Source: Leptospira biflexa
GTDB lineage: Bacteria; Spirochaetota; DYNZ01
Direction: 5' to 3'
DNA length: 64,000 nucleotides
Assembly: GCA_020720805.1 (NCBI GenBank)
Contig: DYNZ01000001.1
Span: forward strand, 46,374 to 110,373
Shown: one piece after another, positions 21,659-31,713 of the stretch
How positions within the stretch are numbered: position 1 is the first letter of the stretch
Layout: the number at the start of each line of letters is the position of its first letter
The notes under the pieces: generated by a model
Databases searched by the model: none
What the model saw: the letters and a program-made list of their open reading frames with translations, nothing else
What the model was told of the DNA's origin: nothing
Position numbers and translations under genes: made by a program

Positions 21659-22588
21659 TTATAAAACTTCTTTATCAGAGATGGCGACAGATTGTAGTAA
21701 AGCGTTCAGATCTGACAAATCTTTAGGTAGGAGAACCTGGGTACCTGGTTTTGCAAGGTTGCCATATTGTGAGAGGTAATCTTGTATTAAACGAAGCTGA
21801 ACCGCTTTTTCCCCGTTAAAAACCGTAATCGCATCTGCAATTTTTTCTATAGATGCAGCAGTAGCGAATGCAAGAGTCTCAATTTCCTTGGCCTTGCCAG
21901 TCGCCTCATTAATTTTGCGCTGTTTTTCTCCTTCAGATTTATTTACCATCTCTCTCATTAATCCTTCTGAACGGTTGATTTTTCCCTGTTTGACTCCCTC
22001 TGCTTGAGCGATAATGGCGCGCTTTTCCCTCTCTGCAGACATCTGCTTTTCCATGGCGTCATTCACACTTTTAGGAGGAACAATATTTTTTACTTCAAAT
22101 CTATGCAATCGGATACCCCAGATCTCACTGACTTTCTGTAATACGTTCATAACCGATGTATTAATAACATCTCTTTCTTCAAAGGTACGATCCAATTCCA
22201 ATGTTCCAATAACAGAACGGGTGGTAGTCTGCGCTAGCTGCATAGCTGCATAGCGGTAATCTGCAATGCCGTAGCTGGCATTTTTTGGGTGAACCACGCT
22301 GATATAGATAACACCATCGACTTCAACCTTTACATTATCATTTGTAAAACACTCCTGGGGAGGGACAACGATGGTTTTTTCTTTTAGATCTTGAATATAA
22401 GCAACATGGTCAATAAATGGTAATAACGCATGAAACCCAGGTTCTAGGGTACGGTGATATTTTCCGAACCTTTCGACGATAAAGGCGAATCGATTTGGTA
22501 CAATACGAATAGATCGAATAAATTTAAAGATCAATATGATAAAAATGAAACCCCAAATAACAAGATTTACAATTTGCTGAATATCCAT
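21659..22588 (-). CDS. SPFH/stomatin-like (paraslipin) protein
   Basis: IVERFGKY, PPQECFTNDNV, QLAQTTTRSVIG, MEKQMSAERE. Confidence 0.92.
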   Translation of the reverse strand: MDIQQIVNLVIWGFIFIILIFKFIRSIRIVPNRFAFIVERFGKYHRTLEPGFHALLPFIDHVAYIQDLKEKTIVVPPQECFTNDNVKVEVDGVIYISVVHPKNASYGIADYRYAAMQLAQTTTRSVIGTLELDRTFEERDVINTSVMNVLQKVSEIWGIRLHRFEVKNIVPPKSVNDAMEKQMSAEREKRAIIAQAEGVKQGKINRSEGLMREMVNKSEGEKQRKINEATGKAKEIETLAFATAASIEKIADAITVFNGEKAVQLRLIQDYLSQYGNLAKPGTQVLLPKDLSDLNALLQSVAISDKEVL

Positions 22589-22597
22589 AGTTCACCT

Positions 22598-23521
22598 CTA
22601 TTTCTGATTTTCGGGAGTAGGAATTTCCATGTTAACGGTTTGCAATCCTTGAAAGAACCCCTTAATTTTTGCCAGTTCTGCCGGAACAATGGATACTGAT
22701 GCTTGACTTAATACCTTTCCATATTCTTCAATAAATTGCTCAATTATTTTCATTTTTAGGGCAATGTCTCCACCTGGTTTTTGCAATGCTTGCGAAATAC
22801 TCTGTATTCCTTTGGCAGTAGCTTCCGCAATAAGGGATATTTCTATAGCTTTTCCTTCTGCTTCGTTTATTAGCTTTTGCTTACGACCTTCAGAAATATT
22901 GATATTTTCCTGCCTTTCGCCTTCTGAAATGCTTATGCGGGAATCTTTTTCAGCTGTCGCCAGAAGAATTTCTGCCCGCTTTTGGCGCTCTGCTTCCATC
23001 TGTTTTTCTAGGGTATCAATAACTTGGCGGGACGGGGTAATATTTTTTATCTCGTAGCGCATTACCTTGACCCCCCAGGAGTCAGAAGCTTTATCAATCT
23101 CTTTAACGATATTTTCATTAATGAGTTCCCGTTCACTAAATGTATCCTCCAACGAAATCTTGCCAATTTCGGATCTCATCGTGGTTTGGGCAAGATTGAT
23201 GCTGGCTCGTCTATAGTCTTCAATACCATAGCTCGCCTTTTCTGCATCCATGACTTTTAAATACACAAGCCCATCCATTTCGACCTGGATATTGTCTTTG
23301 GTTATACAGCTTTGCGGTGGTACATCCAAAACCTGCTCTCTCATTTCATGTTTGTAGGCAGCGTGGTCAAGAAAGGGAATCATAAAGTGAAAACCAGGAC
23401 GTAATATCCCTTGAAATTTTCCTAAACGCTCCTTAACAATAGCCTCTTTTTCTTCAACAATGATAAACATTTTCCAAACAATAAAAATGGTTACGAGCAC
23501 AATCAAAGTGATAATTGTCAT
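22598..23521 (-). CDS. SPFH/stomatin-like (paraslipin) protein
   Basis: VKERLGKF, PPQSCITKDNI, NLAQTTMRSEIG, EKQMEAER. Start MTIITL. Confidence 0.92.
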   Translation of the reverse strand: MTIITLIVLVTIFIVWKMFIIVEEKEAIVKERLGKFQGILRPGFHFMIPFLDHAAYKHEMREQVLDVPPQSCITKDNIQVEMDGLVYLKVMDAEKASYGIEDYRRASINLAQTTMRSEIGKISLEDTFSERELINENIVKEIDKASDSWGVKVMRYEIKNITPSRQVIDTLEKQMEAERQKRAEILLATAEKDSRISISEGERQENINISEGRKQKLINEAEGKAIEISLIAEATAKGIQSISQALQKPGGDIALKMKIIEQFIEEYGKVLSQASVSIVPAELAKIKGFFQGLQTVNMEIPTPENQK

Positions 23522-23673
23522 AGAATTCTCCGACTCAGAAATTTTTTTATGCAGTCTGATAAAAAAAATGATAAGCAATGTTTTATGAATTATCTGTTTT
23601 TACAGAGATAATGGTAATGGCTCTTGATTCTATTCCGATTTTATTTTTTTAAGCCATGTAAGCAACTAAAAAA

Positions 23674-24123
23674 TTATTTTTCCAGTGGTTCTACTATCCA
23701 GGAGAGATTGTCGCGAATGACCAATCTTGCTTTTTCACCGCTGGCAATGGTGCGTGATGAGCTAATAGCTGGCCACGAACTATCCTGGAAGCGGATGCGT
23801 CCATTGGTATTATCGCTTTCGATCTGCTCTATGACATCAACGATCGTTCCCTTAAAATCATCATCTTCAATGCTGGTATCATATCTGCTATGGGAGGGAA
23901 AGATTCTTAGAAAAAACCAGCGAACAAGAAGAATATATCCCAGTGAAAAGATGAACCAGTAAGTAATGGAATTCAAAATGCTCGATATTGCTCCAACCAT
24001 CAACAGAAGAGCAACTGTAAGCGCTCCGGCTCCTAGAAAGACTACGACTAGACCGGGAATAAAGAATTCCAGAAAGATAAATAGAACTCCTAATGAAAAC
24101 CAGACAATAACAATGGTATCCAT
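23674..24123 (-). CDS. NfeD-like (short) membrane protein
   Basis: LEFFIPG, GRIRFQDSSWPA OB-fold; typical partner of SPFH genes. Confidence 0.88.
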   Translation of the reverse strand: MDTIVIVWFSLGVLFIFLEFFIPGLVVVFLGAGALTVALLLMVGAISSILNSITYWFIFSLGYILLVRWFFLRIFPSHSRYDTSIEDDDFKGTIVDVIEQIESDNTNGRIRFQDSSWPAISSSRTIASGEKARLVIRDNLSWIVEPLEK

Positions 24124-24283
24124 AATTTGCCTCTCTGCACTCTACTACCATTTTTAGATAAAAAAGATCAATACTATCTTTAAAGCCTTTTTTTAAAAAG
24201 CTGATTGCAAAAATCGGTCAATTCTCCGCATTCATAAGCAGTCATTATGATGAAATGATGCAATTCTCTAGGCAAGCAGGTTT

Positions 24284-25978
24284 ATGAAAATAATACACGG
24301 AAATGAAAACGCAGTGCGCCATCTGCAGGCAATGGCTTCATTGAAAGCCTTTTTGCTGGAAATGGATACCAAGGGTCAGATCTTATATAGAAGTGAATCC
24401 TGGAAGCAGTTTTTGCAGAGCAAAGAGATTGACCAGGGCAATATTCCTGAATCTTTCTTTGAACTGTTGCACCACGATGAAGTGGATCATATCCGCGATT
24501 TTTTTCAAAAATTAAACCAGGGAAGCAGTCAACAGGAAGAGATTCGACTTCAAATGATTTTAGCTGATGATTTAACTATCTGGCTGTTGGTTCATTTCAT
24601 GAAAATAGAATTGGGTGGCAGGCCGGTGATTAGGGCCATTTTTCAGGATATAACCGAGATAATCATTCAGGAAAGAATGGTAAATTTTATGGCTTACCAT
24701 GATAATCTTACTGGTTTGCCAAATCGTCTGCGTCTGGAAGAGGAACTTGAGAAGCAGGTAGAAAATGCAAAGACAAGCGGAATTGGTTTTTCCATAGGTT
24801 TTATTGGCCTGGATAATTTTAAATTTATTAACAATAGCATTGGGCATAAGCTTGGCGATAGAATTATTTTTGCATTGTCTAAGCGGTTACGTTCTGTTCT
24901 GGGAAATCAGGTTACATTAGGTCGTTGGGGAGGGGATATCTTCTTAATTATTTTGCCAGAAGTCACCAACCAAGAGGAGATATTAAAAATTGGACAAAGC
25001 CTCATAGTAGCAAACAACCAACCTGTTCAAGTACAGCAAAATCAATTTTATATTACCCATAGTATAGGTTTTGCTGTATTTCCGGATGATGGGGATGTTT
25101 TGGAAAAATTATTAAGCGGAGCCGAGATGGCTCTCCAGCGAGTAAAAAGCCTCGGTCGCAACCATTGCCTGCTAATATCCGATGTTCCTCAATTTTCCAC
25201 CAATAGCCAGGAGATGATCATCCGCAATCACTTAAAAGAAGCGATTCGCAAGAGGGAGATTGAGCCCTATTTCCAGCCCAAAATAGATGTAAAAACCAGA
25301 AAAGTAAAGGGTATGGAATCGTTAGCCAGGTGGAACCATGCAGAGCTAGGCTGGGTTAGTCCCGGAGTTTTTATTCCCATTGCCGAAAGTATGGGCTTGC
25401 TTGATGAAATTGGAAATATTATCGCTGAAAAATCTGTTCTGGTCTGGAGCGCACTTTCTGGTTATCATCTAAAATTAGCTATCAATGTTTCTCTACAGCA
25501 ATTGATGCTTGCGAATCTGGTCGATACGATGCAAGCCTTGGTTGCAAAACACAACCTTGATTCCTCTTACATTATTTTGGAAATAACAGAAAGTATGCCC
25601 ATTATGGAGATGGATCGTGTTTTAAAGCAGCTCCACCAGTTGCGTAAAGCAGGTTTTCTCATCTCCATTGATGATTTCGGTACAGGCTATTCCTCGTTTT
25701 CGCGCTTGCACGAAATGCCTGCAAATGAGCTGAAAATTGATATCTCGTTTGTTCGGAGAATTCATACTCCGGATGGTTACCGGATTATTAAGGCCATTGT
25801 TGATGTGGGTAAATCGCTGGATATGAAAATTATCGCGGAAGGGGTCGAAGATCAGGTCACTACAGATAAACTGGCAGCTTTAGAAGTAGATATGATCCAG
25901 GGTTATTTTTTTAGCAAACCGTTGTCATCATTAGAGTTTATCGATTTTGTCCGTCAGCAGAATATCTTTGACCTTTAG
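24284..25978 (+). CDS. PAS-GGDEF(degenerate)-EAL c-di-GMP phosphodiesterase
   Basis: PAS-like N-terminus, HDNLTGLPNR, GGDIF, ESLARW, DDFGTGYSS, IAEGVE. Confidence 0.9.
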   Translation: MKIIHGNENAVRHLQAMASLKAFLLEMDTKGQILYRSESWKQFLQSKEIDQGNIPESFFELLHHDEVDHIRDFFQKLNQGSSQQEEIRLQMILADDLTIWLLVHFMKIELGGRPVIRAIFQDITEIIIQERMVNFMAYHDNLTGLPNRLRLEEELEKQVENAKTSGIGFSIGFIGLDNFKFINNSIGHKLGDRIIFALSKRLRSVLGNQVTLGRWGGDIFLIILPEVTNQEEILKIGQSLIVANNQPVQVQQNQFYITHSIGFAVFPDDGDVLEKLLSGAEMALQRVKSLGRNHCLLISDVPQFSTNSQEMIIRNHLKEAIRKREIEPYFQPKIDVKTRKVKGMESLARWNHAELGWVSPGVFIPIAESMGLLDEIGNIIAEKSVLVWSALSGYHLKLAINVSLQQLMLANLVDTMQALVAKHNLDSSYIILEITESMPIMEMDRVLKQLHQLRKAGFLISIDDFGTGYSSFSRLHEMPANELKIDISFVRRIHTPDGYRIIKAIVDVGKSLDMKIIAEGVEDQVTTDKLAALEVDMIQGYFFSKPLSSLEFIDFVRQQNIFDL

Positions 25979-26028
25979 CGAATTTTAAAGATGCAGTGAT
26001 TTAAGTTTCATTCTTGTTTTAAAACGAT

Positions 26029-26529
26029 ATGGCATTGTCAGAACAACATATTGCAGCCATTGCTGAAATTGAAGCGCTCTGCTTTTCCTCCCCCTGGTCA
26101 AAAAGATCGATCCACTCTTATGCTATCGATAAAAATGCTGTTTTTGCCATGTTGGATCATGAAAATGGTTATTATCTTGGTATTGGTGATGGACAAAAGG
26201 CGGAGAGTGTGGTAGCCTATTGCTTATGGCTTATCAATCCATGGGAGCAGTTGGCCGAACTACTTCGAATTGCTGTAAGACCAGAAAAGCAGGGGCAGCG
26301 TCTGGCGGAACAGTTAATACAAAAAACAGAGGCATATTTCCATGGACAAAAAGATTTTACGGTTGAAAGATTGCTTTTAGAAGTTTCTGTGGCTAACCTC
26401 AGTGCGGTTCATATCTATAATAAAATGGGATTTTGCAAAATTTCACATCGGAGAAAGTACTATAATGATGGTTCCGATGCGCTTATTATGCAAAAAATTT
26501 GCGGATCCCTTAAGCCTTGCGATGAGTAA
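26029..26529 (+). CDS. rimI: RimI-like GNAT acetyltransferase
   Basis: CFSSPWS, IAVRPEKQGQRLA, LEVSVAN..A..Y..GF..RRKYY..DALIM. Confidence 0.8.
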   Translation: MALSEQHIAAIAEIEALCFSSPWSKRSIHSYAIDKNAVFAMLDHENGYYLGIGDGQKAESVVAYCLWLINPWEQLAELLRIAVRPEKQGQRLAEQLIQKTEAYFHGQKDFTVERLLLEVSVANLSAVHIYNKMGFCKISHRRKYYNDGSDALIMQKICGSLKPCDE

Positions 26530-26556
26530 ATATATTTATATTCAGGAGAGTTTGGC

Positions 26557-27771
26557 ATGATAAAAATAAGAAAAGTATTCCTGTTTTTACTGGTTCTCAC
26601 AGTATTTACCGGTGATTGGTTAATGGCAAATGAGGATGCAAAGCCAATAAGTCCACTTGCCTCCTTAGATTTGGAAAAAATGGCTAATTCAAGAAAATAT
26701 TGGCCAACTAAGGAGTGGCAGCGGAAGAAATTGGAAGAGGTGGGCATCGATCCTGTCAAATTTAGTCTCGCAATGGCATATACTTTTCAAAAAAATGGTA
26801 AAGATGATGAGCGTAAGGGAGTGAGAACAGATGCTTTTGTTCTTATAAAAGATGGATATCTTGTTTACGAACAGTACGCCCGAAATTTTCATAAAGAGAG
26901 ACCCCACCTACTCTGGTCGATAAGTAAAAGTGTGGTAAATGCTTTCTATGGAATAGCAGTCAGAAAAGAGCTGGTGACCTTATCTGATCCAGCCTATAAA
27001 TTTTTTTCTACTTTAAATCGTAGCGAAGAGCATCGGCTGATTACCATAAATCATTTTCTGCAGATGAGCAGTGGTTTATACTGGGATGAGGGGTATGAGA
27101 CCTCTCCATTTAAGTCGTCCGTAATTGCTATGCTCTATACATTGGGAAGCAAAGATATGGCTCTCTATGCAGCTAAAAATTCCATGTTACACAAGCCCGG
27201 TGAGGGTTGGTATTATTCGAGTGGAAACACAAATATCTTAATGGCAATTCTAAAAAATATATTTAAGGAAAAATACAACGATTTTCCCTGGGTGGATCTG
27301 TTTGATAAACTCGGAATGAAACAGGTAACCCTTGAAAAGGATGGGTCGGGTACATTTATAGGCTCATCTTATATATATATGCGACCTGTAGATCTGGCCA
27401 AATTTGGTTTTTTATACTTAAATGATGGGATATGGAATAAGGAAAGAATTTTACCAAAAGGATGGGTTCAATATACCACAACTATGGCTCCAGCTTATAG
27501 AAAATCAGATCTATCAAAGGCGGATAAGGCCGACAATTATGGATCTCATTGGTATATCAATACTGGTATCCCTGAAAAAAAATTAAACCGACCCTGGCCG
27601 GATGCTCCAATAGATACCTTTCACGCTAGTGGCCATTGGGGACAGTCCCTTTTTGTGATTCCCTCACTCGATATGGTTATCGTTCGGTTGGCGGATGATC
27701 GTGAACCATCATTTAGTAAAAAATTATTCTTAAAATTAATTTTAAGAAGTCTAAACAAAAAAGGAAAGTGA
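26557..27771 (+). CDS. Serine hydrolase, beta-lactamase/class C family
   Basis: SISK (SxxK), LQMSSGL, YYSSGN, DLAKFG, ASGHWGQ. Confidence 0.9.
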   Translation: MIKIRKVFLFLLVLTVFTGDWLMANEDAKPISPLASLDLEKMANSRKYWPTKEWQRKKLEEVGIDPVKFSLAMAYTFQKNGKDDERKGVRTDAFVLIKDGYLVYEQYARNFHKERPHLLWSISKSVVNAFYGIAVRKELVTLSDPAYKFFSTLNRSEEHRLITINHFLQMSSGLYWDEGYETSPFKSSVIAMLYTLGSKDMALYAAKNSMLHKPGEGWYYSSGNTNILMAILKNIFKEKYNDFPWVDLFDKLGMKQVTLEKDGSGTFIGSSYIYMRPVDLAKFGFLYLNDGIWNKERILPKGWVQYTTTMAPAYRKSDLSKADKADNYGSHWYINTGIPEKKLNRPWPDAPIDTFHASGHWGQSLFVIPSLDMVIVRLADDREPSFSKKLFLKLILRSLNKKGK

Positions 27772-27787
27772 TGTCAGGAGTCTTAGG

Positions 27788-28102
27788 ATGAAGAAGATTA
27801 TAAAATATCTAACGAGGGTCTTGATTGCCACTCTAGTTATGATTTTTATTTGGGTCATTTTTAATTGGGAGAATATCAGCAATTTCCCTAATATTATCTC
27901 TTCTTTTTATGCGAAAGAGTTTTGTTCCTGTTATTATGTTATGGGGTTGCCAGAGGAACAGTGTCATCACTATACCAAACAATATATATCTATCAGCGAT
28001 TTCAAAATAGATAAAGAGAAAAAAACAGTTACCGTAAGTGGTCTTGGTAAAACGAATACAGCCTTCTTTGAAAATTCACGTGTCGGGTGTAGATTGAAGT
28101 AA
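27788..28102 (+). CDS. Small membrane-anchored Cys-containing partner of the serine hydrolase
   Basis: TM helix, YAKEFCSCYYV, terminal GCRL. Confidence 0.65.
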   Translation: MKKIIKYLTRVLIATLVMIFIWVIFNWENISNFPNIISSFYAKEFCSCYYVMGLPEEQCHHYTKQYISISDFKIDKEKKTVTVSGLGKTNTAFFENSRVGCRLK

Positions 28103-28112
28103 AGAATTAGTT

Positions 28113-29891
28113 ATGGGAGACTCTATGAACAGAGATGCCTGCTCAATAAAACGTTTTAGTGAAATCAGTACGCAGATCAACTCAACGGAAGATCTACAGG
28201 ATCTATTAGTGTTGATCATGGATTCTGCGAAAGAGTTACTGAATGCTGAGGGCGCGTCTCTGTTGCTTTATGATAACGACCAAGAGAAGTTGATATTTGA
28301 TATCGTTAGGGGTCCTAAAGGTAATCTGCTTGCAAATAAAACCGTTCCTTTGGGCAAAGGGATTGCTGGCCTTGTTGCTTTGCATAAGCAGCCTATGATT
28401 ATTGATGATGCCGCAAATGATGCTCGTGTTCTAAAAGATTTTGATATTCAGAATCAATTTACTACTAGAAATATTCTGGCAGTTCCACTTATGACGCCAA
28501 AGGGTCTTGTCGGGGTTTTAGAGGTGGTCAACTCTTTTGATGGACGGAATTTTTCTGCCTTGGATCTTGAATTATTGCAATATCTGTCTAACCAGGCAGC
28601 TATTGCAATTCGCAACCGGCAGCTTTTTCAGGATCTAGAGATTCGGATGAATGAATTGCAGTGCATCTATGAAATTGGTCAGACTATCATGACAAATATC
28701 GATTTTTCAACGAATGCAGAGAATATCCTTGGAGCTATCAAAACAACTTTGCAAGCCCAGAGATTATCGCTGATATTAAAGGATAGCCTGAATGATCATT
28801 TACGAGTTGAATGTTCTATCGGCATTCATGCGAAAAAAGATGATATATTAAAATTTCATGAAAACAGCGTTGCAGGCTTTGTTATGAAGACTGGGCAGCC
28901 ACTGGTTGTTCGAGATATCCAAAAAGATCCTCAAGCTCAGAAATTTCAATCCCTGGGAACATATCATAGTAATTCATTTATCTCTTTACCTGTAAAATAT
29001 AAAAACAGGGTTATCGGTGTTATCAATGTTTCGGATAAAGAGTCTGGTGAGCCTTTTGATCTGTTTGATTTTCGAGTATTATCCACTGTTGCCATTCAGA
29101 TTGCTGAGGCGTATGTAAGTTTTGAACGCTATGAAGAGGGCAGAGCCATGGAGCAGCTGCGTAAAGATCTTGCTATGGCCTCTTTAATTCAGAAAAACTC
29201 TTTGCCACAGTTGCCCCCGGATATCGGCGAGTTAAAAATTTCTTATTATTATGAAGCCTGCGAATCTGTTGGCGGCGATTTTTATGATATGTCTATATTG
29301 GGAGAGCAAAATACGGCTTTTGTTATTGGCGATGTTTCAGGTAAAGGAGTAACGGCTGCTCTGTTCATGGAGCATGTAAAAACTCTGTTACAGGGCTATA
29401 TTCCTAGGTTTAAAAGCCCAAGAACTTCCATCTCTGAGCTAAACAAGAAAATTCTTTCTGAAAATAGAATGAATCTTTTTGTTACCGTATTTGTAGCTCA
29501 GGTAGAGATGGAATTTCGCCAGATTCGTTACGCGAGCGCGGGACACAATCATCAATTTCTTTTAAGAAAGAATAGTGGAAAAATTGAATTGCTGTCTGGC
29601 AAAGGAGCTCCGGCAGGAACGTTTAAGGTAGATCGATTTCTCGAAATGGTCATACAATATGAGCCAGGAGATATATTAATTCTTTATACCGATGGTATCA
29701 CAGAGGCTTTTAATAAACAGATGCAGCCATTTGGTGAGGATCGTTTGATTCAGGTTATAGAAAAGCAGGCCGCATTGCCTTCTGATTCTCTGCCTGACAC
29801 CTTAAAGGCTAAAATTCTTGAAGAAGTACATAATTTCTGCAACGGTGAAAGCCTGCAGGATGATTTGACTATGTTATTGGTGCAATTATAA
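28113..29891 (+). CDS. GAF-GAF-PP2C (SpoIIE/RsbU) phosphatase
   Basis: Two GAF domains; VGGDFYD, GDVSGKG, AGHN, YTDGITEA, DDLT. Confidence 0.93.
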   Translation: MGDSMNRDACSIKRFSEISTQINSTEDLQDLLVLIMDSAKELLNAEGASLLLYDNDQEKLIFDIVRGPKGNLLANKTVPLGKGIAGLVALHKQPMIIDDAANDARVLKDFDIQNQFTTRNILAVPLMTPKGLVGVLEVVNSFDGRNFSALDLELLQYLSNQAAIAIRNRQLFQDLEIRMNELQCIYEIGQTIMTNIDFSTNAENILGAIKTTLQAQRLSLILKDSLNDHLRVECSIGIHAKKDDILKFHENSVAGFVMKTGQPLVVRDIQKDPQAQKFQSLGTYHSNSFISLPVKYKNRVIGVINVSDKESGEPFDLFDFRVLSTVAIQIAEAYVSFERYEEGRAMEQLRKDLAMASLIQKNSLPQLPPDIGELKISYYYEACESVGGDFYDMSILGEQNTAFVIGDVSGKGVTAALFMEHVKTLLQGYIPRFKSPRTSISELNKKILSENRMNLFVTVFVAQVEMEFRQIRYASAGHNHQFLLRKNSGKIELLSGKGAPAGTFKVDRFLEMVIQYEPGDILILYTDGITEAFNKQMQPFGEDRLIQVIEKQAALPSDSLPDTLKAKILEEVHNFCNGESLQDDLTMLLVQL

Positions 29892-29892
29892 T

Positions 29893-30681
29893 ATGGTCAC
29901 ATCAGATTTTCATACACATACGCGCCGTTGTCGTCACGCTCAAGGGGATGTCTCTGAATATGTGCAAAATGCTGCAAAAACTGGACTGCGCCGAATCGGA
30001 ATTTCTGACCATATCCCCTTTCCCGATAATCGCTGGATCGAAGAGCGTATGGATTACAGTGAAAGAGATGATTATCTTGCTGATATTATTTTCGCTCGTG
30101 AACAATTTCCAGAACTGCAGATTTTTGCAGGTTATGAAGCTGAATATGTTCCAGAATTTGAATCCTATTTTCAAAATGAGATTTTGCATGGTGGGATGAT
30201 TCAGTACCTTGCTCTGGGGCAGCACTATTTTTTGGAAGATGGATCCTGGAAGAGTTCTTACGGCGGGATTTTGCTGCCGGATGATCTTGAAAACTACACG
30301 AATATACTGATTCGCGGGATGGAGAGCGGCCTATTTGCCTTTGTGGCTCATCCAGATTTGTTTGGTAACTCCTATCCTGCCTGGGATGATGCTTGTGCGC
30401 TTCAATCTCACCGTATTGCTCAAAAGGCTGCTGAATTGCAGCTTCCATTGGAGATCAATGGATATGGCTTTAGTAAAAAGCCCCTTATAACCAATCAGGG
30501 GGCTCGCAGAATGTACCCCTGGGAACCCTTTTGGGAAATTGTAAGTCATTACCAGGTGCCTGTTATAATAAACTCTGATGCTCACTCTCCCCTTGCTGTG
30601 AGGGGAAATTTTTCCCAGGCGATAACCTTGGCACAAAGGTACCATTTGCGGGTTTGCAATGATTCGATTCAATTTTCTTGA
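29893..30681 (+). CDS. PHP-family histidinol-phosphatase-like
   Basis: DFHTHT..C.HA, SDH, AHPD, EING, NSDAH. Confidence 0.87.
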   Translation: MVTSDFHTHTRRCRHAQGDVSEYVQNAAKTGLRRIGISDHIPFPDNRWIEERMDYSERDDYLADIIFAREQFPELQIFAGYEAEYVPEFESYFQNEILHGGMIQYLALGQHYFLEDGSWKSSYGGILLPDDLENYTNILIRGMESGLFAFVAHPDLFGNSYPAWDDACALQSHRIAQKAAELQLPLEINGYGFSKKPLITNQGARRMYPWEPFWEIVSHYQVPVIINSDAHSPLAVRGNFSQAITLAQRYHLRVCNDSIQFS

Positions 30682-31306
30682 AATAAAACTCAGGATCAAA
30701 AAAATCATCCGTGCTGTTATGTTTCTGTTTTTTTCCTTCTCGCAAGGGGTGTTCCCAATTACACCCCCGAAGGAGCCCCTTATTATCTATCCGAAAAACC
30801 CTGACCTTCAAATTGATAAGGTGAGACTTAAAAAAAAGCCAGGAGATATTTCTGTAAAATCTTTTTTCCCGGCAACGATTCTATTCAAGAATAAAGTAAA
30901 AATCGCAGGCAATTTGGTTTTTAAAGAGGATCAACTGAGAATCCAGCAAAATAAAAACGGAATAACGTTTTCAAAAAATGTTTTTTTTCGTGAAATTGCC
31001 AGGATAAAAATCCTAGCTTGGTTAGAAAAAACCACAGAAAAAACCGCAAATCATCAACAGTATTTTTTTCTTCCTGCAAAGTATGCAATTACCTTGAAAG
31101 CTGGTAAAGTTTTACTTTATGAAAAAAATATTGAAATTTTAAATCAATTGCTATTCCAGAGTGAAGATGGGGAAGCAAAAATTTATACCTATTTTGTCGA
31201 TTACTGGATAGATCAAAAAAGATGGTTTCATAGAAGAAATGTCAGTTTTGCGTCTGGTCGTTATGAGCCATTATCGACTGTGGTTGAGGAGATCGTTTTT
31301 GATTAA
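30659..31306 (+). CDS. Hypothetical exported basic protein
   Basis: Long ORF with a hydrophobic N-terminus; no motif recognised; start uncertain. Confidence 0.5.
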   Translation: MIRFNFLEIKLRIKKIIRAVMFLFFSFSQGVFPITPPKEPLIIYPKNPDLQIDKVRLKKKPGDISVKSFFPATILFKNKVKIAGNLVFKEDQLRIQQNKNGITFSKNVFFREIARIKILAWLEKTTEKTANHQQYFFLPAKYAITLKAGKVLLYEKNIEILNQLLFQSEDGEAKIYTYFVDYWIDQKRWFHRRNVSFASGRYEPLSTVVEEIVFD

Positions 31307-31688
31307 GATATTTTCTTCTATAAAAGAGAGCGTTTTTGAATATAGTAAGGAAAATAATAAGAATAAATAAGACCATAACAACCTGATCAATCAGGTCTGG
31401 ATTGAGCTGCCAGCCTGTAATTTTTCGAATAAGATAATCAATATAAGAATTAGTCTCTATTTTCTGTCCAAGTTGGCGTCGGATATCCCAATGCCAATCT
31501 GTTAGTATGCAATAGCCCCAACCATACCAGATGCCAAATACAAACCAGGAACAGGCAGTTAGCGCAACAGAGATCAGATGAAGAAAGCGTGTTCGCGGTA
31601 ATAACCAACCTATCAAATTAAAGATAGTCAAAGTTGTATGGAAAAGAAAAAAAAGATGGTCAAGTGCATTCAGTAGCAGGTTGTTCAT
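31242..31688 (-). CDS. DUF2784 family membrane protein
   Basis: FH..FNLIGW, H, GWGYCILTDWHW..R, SYIDY. Confidence 0.8.
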   Translation of the reverse strand: MNNLLLNALDHLFFLFHTTLTIFNLIGWLLPRTRFLHLISVALTACSWFVFGIWYGWGYCILTDWHWDIRRQLGQKIETNSYIDYLIRKITGWQLNPDLIDQVVMVLFILIIFLTIFKNALFYRRKYLNQKRSPQPQSIMAHNDQTQN

Positions 31689-31713
31689 AGAAGCTCTGGC
31701 TATTACATTTTTT

